This document shows positions 22,403 through 33,899 of a stretch of DNA of 64,000 nucleotides, one piece after another. The notes beneath the pieces are model-generated. The model was given only the letters and a program-made list of their open reading frames with translations, ran no database searches and was not told the DNA's origin. Numbering within the stretch: the first letter of the stretch is position 1; every line of letters starts with the position of its first letter. The DNA is taken from the NCBI GenBank assembly GCA_965237955.1, contig OZ250169.1, positions 2,656,001 to 2,720,000 of the forward strand, written 5' to 3'. The position numbers were made by a program, and so were the translations under genes. The DNA is from Candidatus Marinacidobacterales bacterium. Lineage in GTDB: Bacteria; Acidobacteriota; Vicinamibacteria; Marinacidobacterales; SMYC01.

Positions 22403-22996
22403 TCGCATCGCGACTCTATACTAATAGCGCCGAAACGCTTGTTTTCCGGCGAAGAAAAACTTAACGGTAGTGGACCGGAGAGCCGACGAGAATGCCATCC
22501 GCATCGACAATCTCCGCCTCTTCGACGTCCGATTGTTTGCGAAGCACTCCTCGTGTGCCCTCGACCGTGCCGACTCCTTCGAGAACGGCGCGCGCGAACG
22601 TCTCCGTGTTCCAGGTGGGAAGTCATAGGCGATTAATATCGTCACCGATGAGGTTCGTCGTCTTGTGACGATGAAGCGGCTCGGGGCAAAACGAGCAAAG
22701 CGACCATCATCCAGCGAAAGCTCACATCGACATCCTCGGTTTTAGGTGCGCCCGGCAATCTCACCGGAACAGCGGTGCTGAACGAAGAGGGAGCGAGGCC
22801 CCAGGAGGGCACGTTCGTCCGCCTGAGCTCCACCGTCGGCGCCGTTCTCGGAAGCGTCGAGATCGGCGAAGCCGACACCGATCAGCTCCACTTTCACATC
22901 GACGCCACCCAACAGGGAAATCGGTTGGAGGGTTTTTGGAAGATCTACGAGCTGCCCGAGCTTCATGGCAGGTTCGTCGTTTGGAAGCAGCCTTAG

Positions 22997-23128
22997 TCAG
23001 CATCCAGCATTCAGTTCAATTCGCGCCGTGCCTGTTCAGGCGTGTAGCGTACCGGCGGAACGGTGCTCGATATGCGATGACGCCACTTACCGCCAGGGCG
23101 TTGGTGTGAACTGAATGCTGGATGCTGA
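22997..23128. repeat. Heptamer-armed inverted-repeat element between convergent stop codons (copy 1)
   Basis: Perfect 22-bp IR TCAGCATCCAGCATTCAGTTCA at both ends. Confidence 0.75.
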
Positions 23129-23129
23129 A

Positions 23130-23968
<839 letters not shown>

Positions 23969-24872
23969 AAGAAGAGGTCGTCCTTCGCGATGACGAGATG
24001 GTAAGCAGAAGCGCCGGAGACCGTGCTCCACCGGAAAAGCTGGTTGAACTCGTCGCCGCGGATGACTTCCTGCGGTTCGGGGGCGTCGAGCGTGCCAGGC
24101 GGCGGGGGCAGAGTCACCGAACTTACCGGCGCGCCGTCGCCACTGGCGAGAGCACCCTGCTGGCTTCCTACCGAAACGGGGTCGCCGCCGGCTTCGAAGT
24201 CGACCGTGCCCTCCAACACCTCGAGCCGGGTGGCGTCGCCGGGCTCGACTTTCACGCGGAAGTTCGTGCCGCGGATGATGGTATTGGCGGTCGCGGTGCG
24301 AATCTCGAACTGCCCTTTCAACTGTTTCTCGATCTGAGACCAGATGCTGCCTTCCTTCAGCAGAATCTGCAGCCGGGAGGAGGCCGAGGCATGGCGGTCG
24401 CCGAGCGAGACCACTTTGACTTTCGTGTGGCTGTTGACGAACACGTAGTTGCCGTCCTCGAAGAGGATGCGGACGCCGGAACCGCTCCAAGTCCGAATCT
24501 CGTCGCCTTCCCTCAACAACAGGTTCTTCACAACGGGGATAAAGCGCTTGTCGAACGCCCGCTTCACCTCGATGTCGCCGTAGTAGCTCGCGACTTTGGC
24601 GAGCATGCCATCGGACGACAGCATGTGGCGCGGGATCTCGATGACGTGCCCCGAGCGGAGGAGGTTGAACTCCGCAAGCTCCTCCCAGGAGCCAGACATC
24701 TCCGGGTAGCGGTCGAACAGCGCTTGAACGAAGAGTCGTCTCCCGTCATGACGACGACGAACTCGTCCCCGCCGCCGTCCCCGTCGTCCTCAGTCACGGC
24801 TTTGGTCTCGGGCGCACTGACCAGGGTTGCGAACAGGGTGGCGCCCACGAACAGCAGGCTCGGTTTCAGCAT
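23969..24872 (-). pseudogene. Secreted FecR-domain protein (possible LysM-like N-terminus), frameshifted near 24720 and 3'-truncated
   Basis: Signal peptide MLKPSLLFVG...; LREGDEIRT, FEDG, FEIRTATANTIIRGTNFRV, Fn3-like WSTVSGASAYHLVIAKD; fused to the regulator remnant. Confidence 0.75.
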
Positions 24873-24954
24873 CGTTCTCTCTATCCTCTAAGAAAAAACC
24901 GTACCCCGGGGCGTCAGAACGCGGAGAAGCCCCAGGCTACCTCTATTATCGCGA

Positions 24955-24970
24955 AGCAATTCTTTTGCCA
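24955..24970 (-). promoter_or_regulatory. Sigma54 -24/-12 promoter of the FecR gene
   Basis: TGGCAAAAGAATTGCT (GG-N10-GC). Confidence 0.7.
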
Positions 24971-25176
24971 TCGGGCCGTGGGCCAAGACGGACGCAGAAA
25001 GCCATGCGCGTGAACGAGATAGCTGGTCACGTCGCCTCGGTCGGCGGGCGGAAGGCGTTGGGTTTTTTCTACATCCGGGGGGCAATTCCCCTCAAGGCAC
25101 GAAAGCACCACTTTGGAGTAAGGCTGTATCTTACTGATATATAATGGGTTAATCTATAGGTGCTGTGTCGTGGCTT

Positions 25177-25192
25177 TGGCATGAGCGTTGCA
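25177..25192 (+). promoter_or_regulatory. Sigma54 -24/-12 promoter of the 25240 gene
   Basis: TGGCATGAGCGTTGCA, preceded by an AT-rich IHF-like tract. Confidence 0.8.
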
Positions 25193-25239
25193 ACTTGAAG
25201 CTCTAGCACTCTTCGTGTGTGCTCAGGGGGTAGAGAATC

Positions 25240-26613
25240 ATGTCCAGAAGAGTAAGTCGCGTAGGTCGCGCCGGTATCGTGCTTTCCGTTCTCGGATTGC
25301 TCGGACTGGCTTTGGGGTTTGGCATCGCTCAGAGCACTGTGGTGACGCAGGCGGAATGGGCCGTGTACATGACTCAGGGGCTCGGTCTCGATTGGAATCT
25401 TCCCCCGAACGCGAAGAGCAACCACTATCTCGAGCGCCTCGACTGGACCAACAGTATCGAGTTCCAGGCGGCTCAAATGCTCGACGGTTCGACCGCGACG
25501 CCTCTCGAAGATGGCTCCGTCCAGAGCGAGCCCGGGGAACCGTCAGAAGCGCTCTACCAAGTGGCGACGCTTCGCGCCGGTGACTACGGCTTTCGCGTGA
25601 AGCTCGGCGGAGGCGGTGCCGTGCTCAAAGTATCCGATCAGGCTTACGAGCTGTTTCAGCCGGACATGTCCGCGCGCTGGGTGGACCTCGATCGCGTCCC
25701 GCTGAACCCCGGCGAGCATCCGTTGAGTCTCATGCTGATCGACGGCTCGCGCGCGGAGTCTCTTGGCGTGACGCCCCCGTGCATGACTCCGGTCGAGCCC
25801 ACCGGTGGTTGGACGCCGCTCGATCCGCTGACCTTCCATGAGATGGCAGTCACGTTGGCCAAGGCATTGGACTTGGAAAGAAATCTTCCCGAGCTCGGCG
25901 ATCCGATCTCGATCCGCGGCGAGGAGTTTCGAAAGACACTGATCTACCCGTACAAGGACGAGCTGGCAGACGTTTCCGAAGATGATCCGTACTGGTTGTC
26001 GTCGGGTGGCTCCATCATTACCGCCGTGGCACGGTTCGAGGTTCCCGAGGATGGCGTCTACTCCATCGAGACGCACTACATCAGCCCGCGTCCGATTCGC
26101 TGGGCTATGGACAGTTGCCTTCGTGTGGTGACGTGTCCCATCACCGCGTCTCAGATCGGCCGGCGTCGAAGCCTCGCTCTCGAGCTCGACGCGGGCGAGC
26201 ATGTGCTCGAGGTAACGCTCCCGCCGGGCGCCAAGCTCGACCGTGTCGACGTGCAACGCCGAGACGGTTCATCGGAGGAGTATTTGCGGGTCGTCGAGGA
26301 CGAAGGCTTCAAGCTGGGAAACAGTGAAGACATCGTCCGGCGCCGGGACGCGCTTCGTGCCGCGCGGCGGTTGCGGGATCGGTTCGACAAGCTGACCGAG
26401 CTCCGGTGTAACGACGAGCTGATCGCGATGGAGGCGGAGGCCATTGCGCTCGCGCTGGCCGCTTCGTCATCGTCAACGGATGACGGCATGGTCGCCTCCG
26501 GGCCGAATGCACCTCCCATCACACCTCAATCGCCGCCGGGCGGCCAGCCGATGATCCCTCCGGTCGACCCGAACGCCGGGCAGTCGGGTAGCCCGGTAGA
26601 GCCTGTACAATAA
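25240..26613 (+). CDS. Secreted protein with SLH-like helices, two CBM-like beta-sandwich repeats and a Pro/Ser-rich tail
   Basis: Signal peptide; VTQAEWAVYMTQGLGL / LTFHEMAVTLAKALDL; LNPGEHPLSLML / LDAGEHVLEVTL; tail ...PPVDPNAGQSGSPVEPVQ. Confidence 0.7.
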   Translation: MSRRVSRVGRAGIVLSVLGLLGLALGFGIAQSTVVTQAEWAVYMTQGLGLDWNLPPNAKSNHYLERLDWTNSIEFQAAQMLDGSTATPLEDGSVQSEPGEPSEALYQVATLRAGDYGFRVKLGGGGAVLKVSDQAYELFQPDMSARWVDLDRVPLNPGEHPLSLMLIDGSRAESLGVTPPCMTPVEPTGGWTPLDPLTFHEMAVTLAKALDLERNLPELGDPISIRGEEFRKTLIYPYKDELADVSEDDPYWLSSGGSIITAVARFEVPEDGVYSIETHYISPRPIRWAMDSCLRVVTCPITASQIGRRRSLALELDAGEHVLEVTLPPGAKLDRVDVQRRDGSSEEYLRVVEDEGFKLGNSEDIVRRRDALRAARRLRDRFDKLTELRCNDELIAMEAEAIALALAASSSSTDDGMVASGPNAPPITPQSPPGGQPMIPPVDPNAGQSGSPVEPVQ

Positions 26614-26673
26614 TCCGCCGTCGGCCATCGGCCGTCAGCCATCCGCTTGGTCCGTGTTATCGTGGCGTCTCTC

Positions 26674-27926
26674 ATGGCCGCGATCGCACGAGTCCTGTCC
26701 ATCTTGTCCGTCACCACGCTGGTCGTTCTTTGCTTCTCGTTAGTGGCGGCGCTGGCGCAGAGTCTTCCCACCGAGGACGTGTTCAGCCGGTTTTCGAATC
26801 GCGTCGTCAAGATCGAGGTTCAGGAGTCGGGCTCGAAAGCGAAAGCCTCGATCGGCTCCGGTTTCTTCGTCAGCGATGCCGGTCACCTCGTCACGAACTA
26901 CCACGTGATCGCACAGGTCGTGCAGCATCCGGATCGGTACGTCGCGAGCTACGTGGATGAGGATGATGAGTCGGTCTCCGTGGAGGTGAACGTACTCAAT
27001 GTCGACGTTGCACACGATCTCGCCCTCGTCAAAGCGGAGCTCAGGCCGCCGTCGTTTTTTGCGCTCGAGCCGGTCGAAGCCCCGCAGGGGTTGCGGCTCT
27101 ATTCGATGGGGCACCCGCTCGACCTTGGCCTCAACATCGTAGAGGGCACGTACAACGGTTTCCTGAAACACGCCCTCGATCAACGGATCAATTTCACCGG
27201 CTCGCTTAACCCGGGAATGAGTGGAGGTCCGGCCATTACCGCAGGCGGGCGCGTCGCCGGGATCAACGTCTCCACTGCGGGCGAACAAGTGAGCTTTCGC
27301 TCGCACCAGAGTTCGAGCGGCCGAGCTCGCTTCTGAGCGTGGTCCGTGAACAGATCTTCGACTACCAGAGCGACTACGTTCGGGTCCTGCTCGAGAGCTC
27401 GCCTCCGACCGTGACCCTGGGCGGCTTCGAGCTACCCACCGAACCGGCCGCGTTTTTCGATTGCTGGGCGGACGCCTACCGTGAGGACAGCGCGAGCTAC
27501 GAAACGGTCGACCATCAGTGCTCGACCGACGATTACATTTTCGTCTCCGACGCGCTCGTGTCGGGGCAGCTCTGCTTCTACCATCGACTTCTCACCAGCG
27601 ACGACCTCAATCGGTTCCAGTTCGCGTCGCTATACACGAACGATTTCCAGCAGACGTATCACGGTATGGGGGGCAGTGAGAGCGAAGTTACGTCGTTTCG
27701 CTGCTATACGGATACAGTTCGTCAAAAGGAGCTGACGTTCAAGACGGTCTTTTGCTTGCGAGGTTATCGGAAGCTCGCATCGCTATACGACCTCGTCTTC
27801 AAAGCCGCGGTCATCGGGAAGCGCCATACCGGGCTCGAGACCGCGCTTGTCGCATCGGGCGTGAGCTACGACAACGCGGAAGCGCTCGTGCGCTGGTACA
27901 TGGAAACGATTTCGTGGAACGAGTAG
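26674..27926 (+). pseudogene. Trypsin-like serine protease, split by a frameshift/deletion near 27300
   Basis: GSGFFV, VTNYHV, DLAL, LNPGMSGGP; Cys-containing C-terminal domain continues in another frame from 27339. Confidence 0.75.
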
Positions 27927-28888
27927 TCTTCGTCGAAGTACTCGATCGGCGCGGTCGCGTGCGCGAGCGCACGCGCGTCGGGTCGTTCCCCGCCACCATC
28001 GGGCGTGCCTACTCGAACGATGTCATCGTCGCCGATCGTTATGTCTCGCCGACACATGTTGCGATTCGCGAAACAGATGAAGGCAAGCTCCTCGTCGAGG
28101 ATGCAGGCAGCGTCAACGGAATTCATCGGCCAGGCCACGCTGAGCCTGTCGAAGTCGTTCCTCTCGAGTCCGGGCTTCGGCTGCGACTGGGAGAGACGGT
28201 GGTCCGATTCGTCACGGCGGATCACCTCGTTGCTCCGGCCGACGTTTTGCCGCGAGGCGACTCCGGGCTTCTCGAGACGTTGAAGAGCCCGCGGCTTGCA
28301 CTCTCGCTCCTGTTCCTCACCCTCGTCGTCTTCGCCACGGACATCTACCTGGAAACGTACTACGACTTCAGCGGGTCGGCGGTGCTCGGACCCGCCGTGC
28401 TCGGGATCGTTGCCCTGTCGTTTTGGGCCGGCATCTGGGCGTTCGCGAATCGGTTGCTGACCCATCGGTTCGACTTTCTGCGCCATCTCGCCGTCTCGTG
28501 TCTCGCATCCATTGGCTCGATTTGCCTGTGGACACTCAGCGAGTACGCCGAGTTCTTCTTCTCGTCCGCATCGCTTTCGATGGCCATGGTCTTGGTCACC
28601 CAGGCAAGCGTCGTGGCGTTACTGCTGTATGGTCACTTGTCGATCATCCCCGCCTCGAGCACGCATCGTCGGCGCGGGTGGGCACTCGGTGTGACCGTCG
28701 TCGTTGTCGGGCTATCCGGTTTGCTGACCTATGCCGGGCGGGAAGATTTCTCGTCGAACGTCGATATCACCGTCCCGTTGAAGAGCCTCGGTACGAGCTG
28801 GGTCCCCACGGTATCGACAGAGGAGTTCCTCGACCGTTCCCGGCGAACCAAGACGTGGGTGGACGAAGCGGTATCTGAAACGAAGTAG
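27914..28888 (+). CDS. FHA-domain membrane protein
   Basis: IGRAYSNDVIV.DRYVSPTH, DAGSVNG, followed by several TM helices; GTG start overlaps the protease stop region. Confidence 0.85.
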   Translation: MERVVFVEVLDRRGRVRERTRVGSFPATIGRAYSNDVIVADRYVSPTHVAIRETDEGKLLVEDAGSVNGIHRPGHAEPVEVVPLESGLRLRLGETVVRFVTADHLVAPADVLPRGDSGLLETLKSPRLALSLLFLTLVVFATDIYLETYYDFSGSAVLGPAVLGIVALSFWAGIWAFANRLLTHRFDFLRHLAVSCLASIGSICLWTLSEYAEFFFSSASLSMAMVLVTQASVVALLLYGHLSIIPASSTHRRRGWALGVTVVVVGLSGLLTYAGREDFSSNVDITVPLKSLGTSWVPTVSTEEFLDRSRRTKTWVDEAVSETK

Positions 28889-28968
28889 CTATCCGCTACC
28901 CGGTCTGGAAGGCCACTGCGCGCGACACCGGTGCCAAGTAGCCCTGCTGGACCGGATAGCGGATAGCT
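28887..28968. repeat. Heptamer-armed inverted element between convergent genes
   Basis: AGCTATCCGCTACCCGGTC ... GACCGGATAGCGGATAGCT (1 mismatch). Confidence 0.6.
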
Positions 28969-28987
28969 GGATCCCGAGCGGGGCGCG

Positions 28988-31135
28988 CTACGCGCCGCGA
29001 GCGGGACGCCGCGTGGGTGGGCGCCGCATGCGAGTGACCTTCGACTCGGCGGCGGTTTTCTGCTCGGAATAATAACTGTAGTAATAATGGTAGGAGTCCT
29101 GTTTGGGATCGACACCGTTCAAAACGACGCCGGCAATGCGCGCTTCGGTACGCCGTAGCGCGGTGAGCGATCGCCGGGCGAGCTTGCGGTCCACCTGGTT
29201 CGCACGCACGACCATGAGCACCATATCGGCGAGCTTCGCCAACAGCAGCGGGTCGGTGACCGATACGACCGGCGGTGCGTCCACGATGATCCAGGTGTAG
29301 CGTTCACGGCACGCTTCGAGGAACCTTTTCACCGCGAGGCTCCCGATGAGAGCGGGCGGATTCGGAGGGAGCTTGCCGGAAGTCACCGCGGAGAGGTTCT
29401 CCTGCCGCGTCGACTGGCAGATGATGTCGAACCTGAGATCTTTCGAGCAGTAATCCGTGAGCCCCGGTTCCCGGTAGAGCCGCAAATGCGTGTGGACGCT
29501 CGAGCGTCGGAGATCGAAGTCCACCACGAGTGTAGGGTCTCCGGACTCGGCGAACGCCCTGGCGAGGTTCACCGCCGTCGTAGACTTGCCTTCCTGCGGG
29601 ATCGAGCTCGTCACCAGAATGACGTTACCGTGCTCACGCTCGCGATTGAACAGAAGGCTCGCCCGCAGGGTACGATACGCCTCGGTGATGACACCTTCGT
29701 TCGCGGCATCATGTTTCGGGACGACGCCGAGGCAATCCGTGCGAAGGTGTTTCTCGATATCTTCCTGCTCTTTCAGCGTGTTATCCAAGTAGTCGCGCAG
29801 CAAGATGACGCCGCATCCGGAAAAAAGGCCCAACACCAGTGAGACCGTGAGGTTCTTGATGGGTTGAGGCCGGATAGGGATGACGGGCACGCTGGCGCGC
29901 TCGATGATCGATACGTTGTTCGCCCGCAGGCTCGAGGCGATGTCTGTTTCTTTGATCTTCTGCAGGATCGCTTCGTACATGCTCTTGTTGGAAAGAGCTT
30001 CTCGCTCGAGCATCTCCATCTGCACCGTTTTGCGGCTTTCCTCGATAGACTGCTTGCGCTCGGTGTTGATCGATGCGCGGAGATCGCGCTCGCGGCGCCG
30101 CAGCTGCTGATAGTCAGCGAGCATGCCGCTGACGATCTTCTCGGCTTGTGCATCGATGGCTTCTTGGATCTGCCCGACCTGGGTGACCACCTTCTTGACC
30201 TTTGGGTGTCCGGATTTGTAGCGGTTTTTGAGCTGGACGAGCTCGACCTCGAGGTCGGCCTTGCTCATATTCAGACGCTGTACGAGCGGGTCCGCCGCGA
30301 GTTGGGGCAGGGCATCGAGTGACCCACCCGATTTCTTGAGCTTGTCGACTTGAGCGAGAGCACTCTCGATCTCGATGCGCCGGGTCTTCGCTTCAGTGGC
30401 CTCTTGATTCAACCGGCCCAGAGTCGCGGCGCCGATGCTTTGTCCGTCGGTGGCGACGAACAGCTCTTCTTCCTTGGTGTACTCGTACAGCGATTGCTCG
30501 GACTTTTCGACCTCGCCTTCGGCGGCTGCGAGTCGCTCTTGCAGCCAGCTATAGACGTTTCGCGTCGTTTCGATTTTGGATTCTAGATTCTGCTCGATGT
30601 AAGCCTCGGCGAGGGTGTTCGCCCAGCGCGCTGCTTCGCGTGGGTCTTCGTGGTTGACCATGATTTGCGCGAGGCGGGTGTCGGGGACAGGCACGACCTG
30701 GACGTGCGCGATGAACATCCGCGCCGGGTCTTTGGCTCCCTTGAAAGGTGCCTTGTCGGCGAGATCGAGCTTCTCGAGGGAGCGTGCCCCGATGGCTTTG
30801 CTCTTGATGATGCGATACTGGGTGTTGTAGTAGTTCCGATGGTCGAAATAATTGAAGGCGGTCGCGGGATATGGATTCGAAAGGGCGGAGAGATTCTGTC
30901 CGGGCGGGTCGATCTGGACCAGCGCCTGGGCGCGGTAGATGGGTGTCTGGAGATACGTCGCGAGAAATCCGAGGCCCAAGCCGAGAATCGCGATGACCAG
31001 GATCCAGGCTTTGCCGGCCCACAGGAGTCGCAGGCCGTACTTGAGATCGAAATCTCCGGAAAGCCCCGCGATGAAGTGCCCAGGCTCCGGGCCCGTAGGC
31101 CCGGAAGGCCTGAAAGGATCGTCCTGGGCGGTCAA
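28988..31135 (-). CDS. wzc: Polysaccharide co-polymerase / tyrosine autokinase
   Basis: Wzz N-terminus, coiled coil, Walker A SSIPQEGKST, DFDLRR, DAPP, Tyr cluster YHYYYSYY. Confidence 0.93.
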   Translation of the reverse strand: MTAQDDPFRPSGPTGPEPGHFIAGLSGDFDLKYGLRLLWAGKAWILVIAILGLGLGFLATYLQTPIYRAQALVQIDPPGQNLSALSNPYPATAFNYFDHRNYYNTQYRIIKSKAIGARSLEKLDLADKAPFKGAKDPARMFIAHVQVVPVPDTRLAQIMVNHEDPREAARWANTLAEAYIEQNLESKIETTRNVYSWLQERLAAAEGEVEKSEQSLYEYTKEEELFVATDGQSIGAATLGRLNQEATEAKTRRIEIESALAQVDKLKKSGGSLDALPQLAADPLVQRLNMSKADLEVELVQLKNRYKSGHPKVKKVVTQVGQIQEAIDAQAEKIVSGMLADYQQLRRRERDLRASINTERKQSIEESRKTVQMEMLEREALSNKSMYEAILQKIKETDIASSLRANNVSIIERASVPVIPIRPQPIKNLTVSLVLGLFSGCGVILLRDYLDNTLKEQEDIEKHLRTDCLGVVPKHDAANEGVITEAYRTLRASLLFNREREHGNVILVTSSIPQEGKSTTAVNLARAFAESGDPTLVVDFDLRRSSVHTHLRLYREPGLTDYCSKDLRFDIICQSTRQENLSAVTSGKLPPNPPALIGSLAVKRFLEACRERYTWIIVDAPPVVSVTDPLLLAKLADMVLMVVRANQVDRKLARRSLTALRRTEARIAGVVLNGVDPKQDSYHYYYSYYSEQKTAAESKVTRMRRPPTRRPARGA

Positions 31136-32022
31136 AACACCCTCTTACCGACCTTAATGATGTCCTCGGACTCGAGGGGGACGTCCGGCTTCTTGCCGTT
31201 CTCGATGTCTTCCAGGTCAACTCTGATACGTTGGGAGCCGCGTTTACTCGACTTGCGCAAGATTTCGACTTTCCCCTTGGCGCCGAACTTGGTGAGCCCC
31301 CCGGCCACGGAAACAGCCTTCAGCACGGTCAACCCACCGGTGATGGGGTAGGACCCGGGGCGTTTGACCTCGCCCGAGATGAAGAAGAACCGAGTCGATG
31401 TGGCGGTCACGATGTCGCCGCTTCGGAGGAGGAACGAAAGCGCCTCTTTCTGTTCCGACGGCGGCTGATCCGGGGTCAGGAAAATGCGGACCGCGCTTTC
31501 GGCTCCGTCGCCGTTGTCCTCGGTCATGAACAGCGAGGGCTGTTGTTGGTCGAGGCGGCTCACGATGACTTCGCCGCTCGCGCGGGAGGTGAAGCCCCCC
31601 GCTTCCGTAAGCAGATCGAGCATCGTCTTCGAGCCTTGCAGGTAGAACTTGCCGGGGCGAACGACCTCGCCGATGAGTGTCACCCATTGCGAGCGATACT
31701 CCTTCACACGAACGATCACTTGAGGATCGACGAGGTAGTCCTTCGCTAGCAGCTCGACGAGCGTCTCTTGGACTTCCTTCACCGTCATCCCGTTGATGGT
31801 GATGTCTCCGAGAAGTGGGAACGAAATGTCGCCCGCGTGCTGCACCGTCGCCAGGCCCGACAGATCCGGATCGTCGTAAACGTCGATCTCGAGAACATCG
31901 CCGGGCCCCACTCGGTAGGCGGTGGAGCCATCGGGGGGGAGTCCCCCGTTGTCCTGAGCCGCGGTCGCGGTGGCGAACGCGAGCGCCAGCGTTACCGCGA
32001 TGAGTGAAAGTTGGTTACGCAT
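31132..32022 (-). CDS. wza: Polysaccharide export protein (Poly_export + SLBB domains)
   Basis: YRVGPGDVL, GDISFPLLG, YLVDPQV, GEVKRPGSY, AGGLTKF. Confidence 0.9.
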   Translation of the reverse strand: MRNQLSLIAVTLALAFATATAAQDNGGLPPDGSTAYRVGPGDVLEIDVYDDPDLSGLATVQHAGDISFPLLGDITINGMTVKEVQETLVELLAKDYLVDPQVIVRVKEYRSQWVTLIGEVVRPGKFYLQGSKTMLDLLTEAGGFTSRASGEVIVSRLDQQQPSLFMTEDNGDGAESAVRIFLTPDQPPSEQKEALSFLLRSGDIVTATSTRFFFISGEVKRPGSYPITGGLTVLKAVSVAGGLTKFGAKGKVEILRKSSKRGSQRIRVDLEDIENGKKPDVPLESEDIIKVGKRVF

Positions 32023-32035
32023 GGTTGTCTGCTAC

Positions 32036-33899
32036 TCAGCGGTTCAGAAATCCGAATCCCACCATGAACTGAACTGCGTTGTTGCGATAGCTGAATTCGT
32101 CCAAATTGGAATCACGCCGATCGTGGCGATAGTCCACACTCAGATACGATAGCGGCGTCCAGAAGTAGGCGATGCCGACGACGCCGCTGAACGCACGGTC
32201 GCGGCGGTCGATGCCGGTAGCGACATCCGTGAGCGGATAGTTGTTCCCGAAAACGGCTGCGTTGGCGCTGAATCGAAGCTTCTCTACGATGGGGGCGACG
32301 AATCGCACCGTCCCGTAGTTGGACAGGTAGAAACCGTTCTGCTGGAACGAGGACGGACTGGTCCTGCGCCCTATTGTAAAGTCGAGCGCGGACGCCGTGC
32401 CGAACTGTCGCTTGAGACCGACGTCGGCGACGAGGCCGCTGTAGCTCTGGGCAACGATGGATTGCTCGAACGTCTGGTTCGTATAACCAACACGCACGCG
32501 CCCGCTCAAGAGCGGAGTTACCTCTCCGCGCAAACCGAACAGGACGACGTTGGCGTCCGACTCCGCCTCGGGTCTGGTCGGGTCGGGACGCGTTGTCGCG
32601 CGTACGTACTCGCCGACGAGACTGGTAAGAGGCGACAGGCTGTACAACACCGAGACGCCGAGGTTGGTTTGGTCGTAGTTGAAGAACTCGTTCGTCGGCT
32701 CGATGAACTCGACGCGATTGAAGCTTCCGGAGATCTCCATCGCGTAGATGCCTTCGACGCGATTGCGATAGAACGGATCGGTGTTGGCGACGATCTCTCC
32801 GCCCGGATCGAACTCGCGGCTTTCGAACGCCCCGTGAATGAAGTGGTTTCCGAAAGTGATCGATGATCGCGGCGTCGTCATGAACTTGGCGTTGACGTCG
32901 ACCACGTTGGTGAAACTGTCTTGAAGCTCGAAGCGCTCGAACTCGCGGTAGCGGCCCTCGTACGAAATCTTGAACTCGTTTGCAGAATCGAGGAGCACTG
33001 CTGCCAGGCGCCCCCGCACCAAAGAGAGCGTTGTCGCTGAAGATGTCTTCGCTTTGCAGAAGCAAATTGCTGCCGCGGACGTAGCTCGCATCGATCGACG
33101 GTTGCAAGGCAAACCGCCCAACGCGGATGCCGATGACGGCTTCGTTGGGCACGATGTCTTCGATCGGGTTCACGTTGAAGAGCGTCTGCTGGTCTCCTAA
33201 CGGGGTCGGGAACAAGTTGAAAAAGAGCTCCTCGCTTGCACCGCTCGAGGGCGTGTCGCCGTCACCGGCGTCGTCGGAAGCACCGCTGTTCACCTCGGCG
33301 GGGTCGATTCCCACCGGCTCGCCGTCCGAGTCCTCGGTGGGCGGCGGCTCGAGCGGCAGAACCCCGAGAGCGGTGATCGCGACCGGTGCCATCGCGTCCG
33401 GCCTTCCGGCCTCGGCTGGGCTCGGGTCTTCCTGTGGAGGCTGTAGAGGCGGTGTAGGAGCGATCCGAGCGAGCGGTGACGGGACGACGACGGCTCCCTC
33501 GCGTTGGATGCGAACGAAAAGGTGCGCTTGGTTCTCGACGCCTACGACCGAACTCGCCTCGGTATCGAGCTCGATCTCGACCCGCGAGTAGATTTTGTTG
33601 CCGAGCTGCATCGGCCAGACTTGAAATCGTCGGCTGAACGGCGTCTCGACGTCGTACTTCGTCTCGAGCGGCGATAGGGCGGGAACGTCGAGCGTGAGCT
33701 TGTACGTCCCGTCGCCTTTCTTCCGATTGCTCAGAAACTCGGAAATGTCGCCGTCGGCGACGATGTGCACGACGTAGCTATCGCCTTCTTTCAAGGCGTA
33801 CATGTCCAACAGTTTCGCCTTCGGAACCTTCGGTCCCGCGAAAGCGGCTTCGCCGAGCGCGAGCGTGGCGAGAAGCAAGGTCGAGATAACGGTCTTCAT
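32036..33899 (-). pseudogene. EPS-associated outer-membrane beta-barrel with N-terminal periplasmic domain; frameshift near 33020
   Basis: Signal MKTVISTLLLA; Pro/acidic linker; amphipathic strands ending RDSNLDEFSYRNNAVQFMVGFGF in a second frame. Confidence 0.7.
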
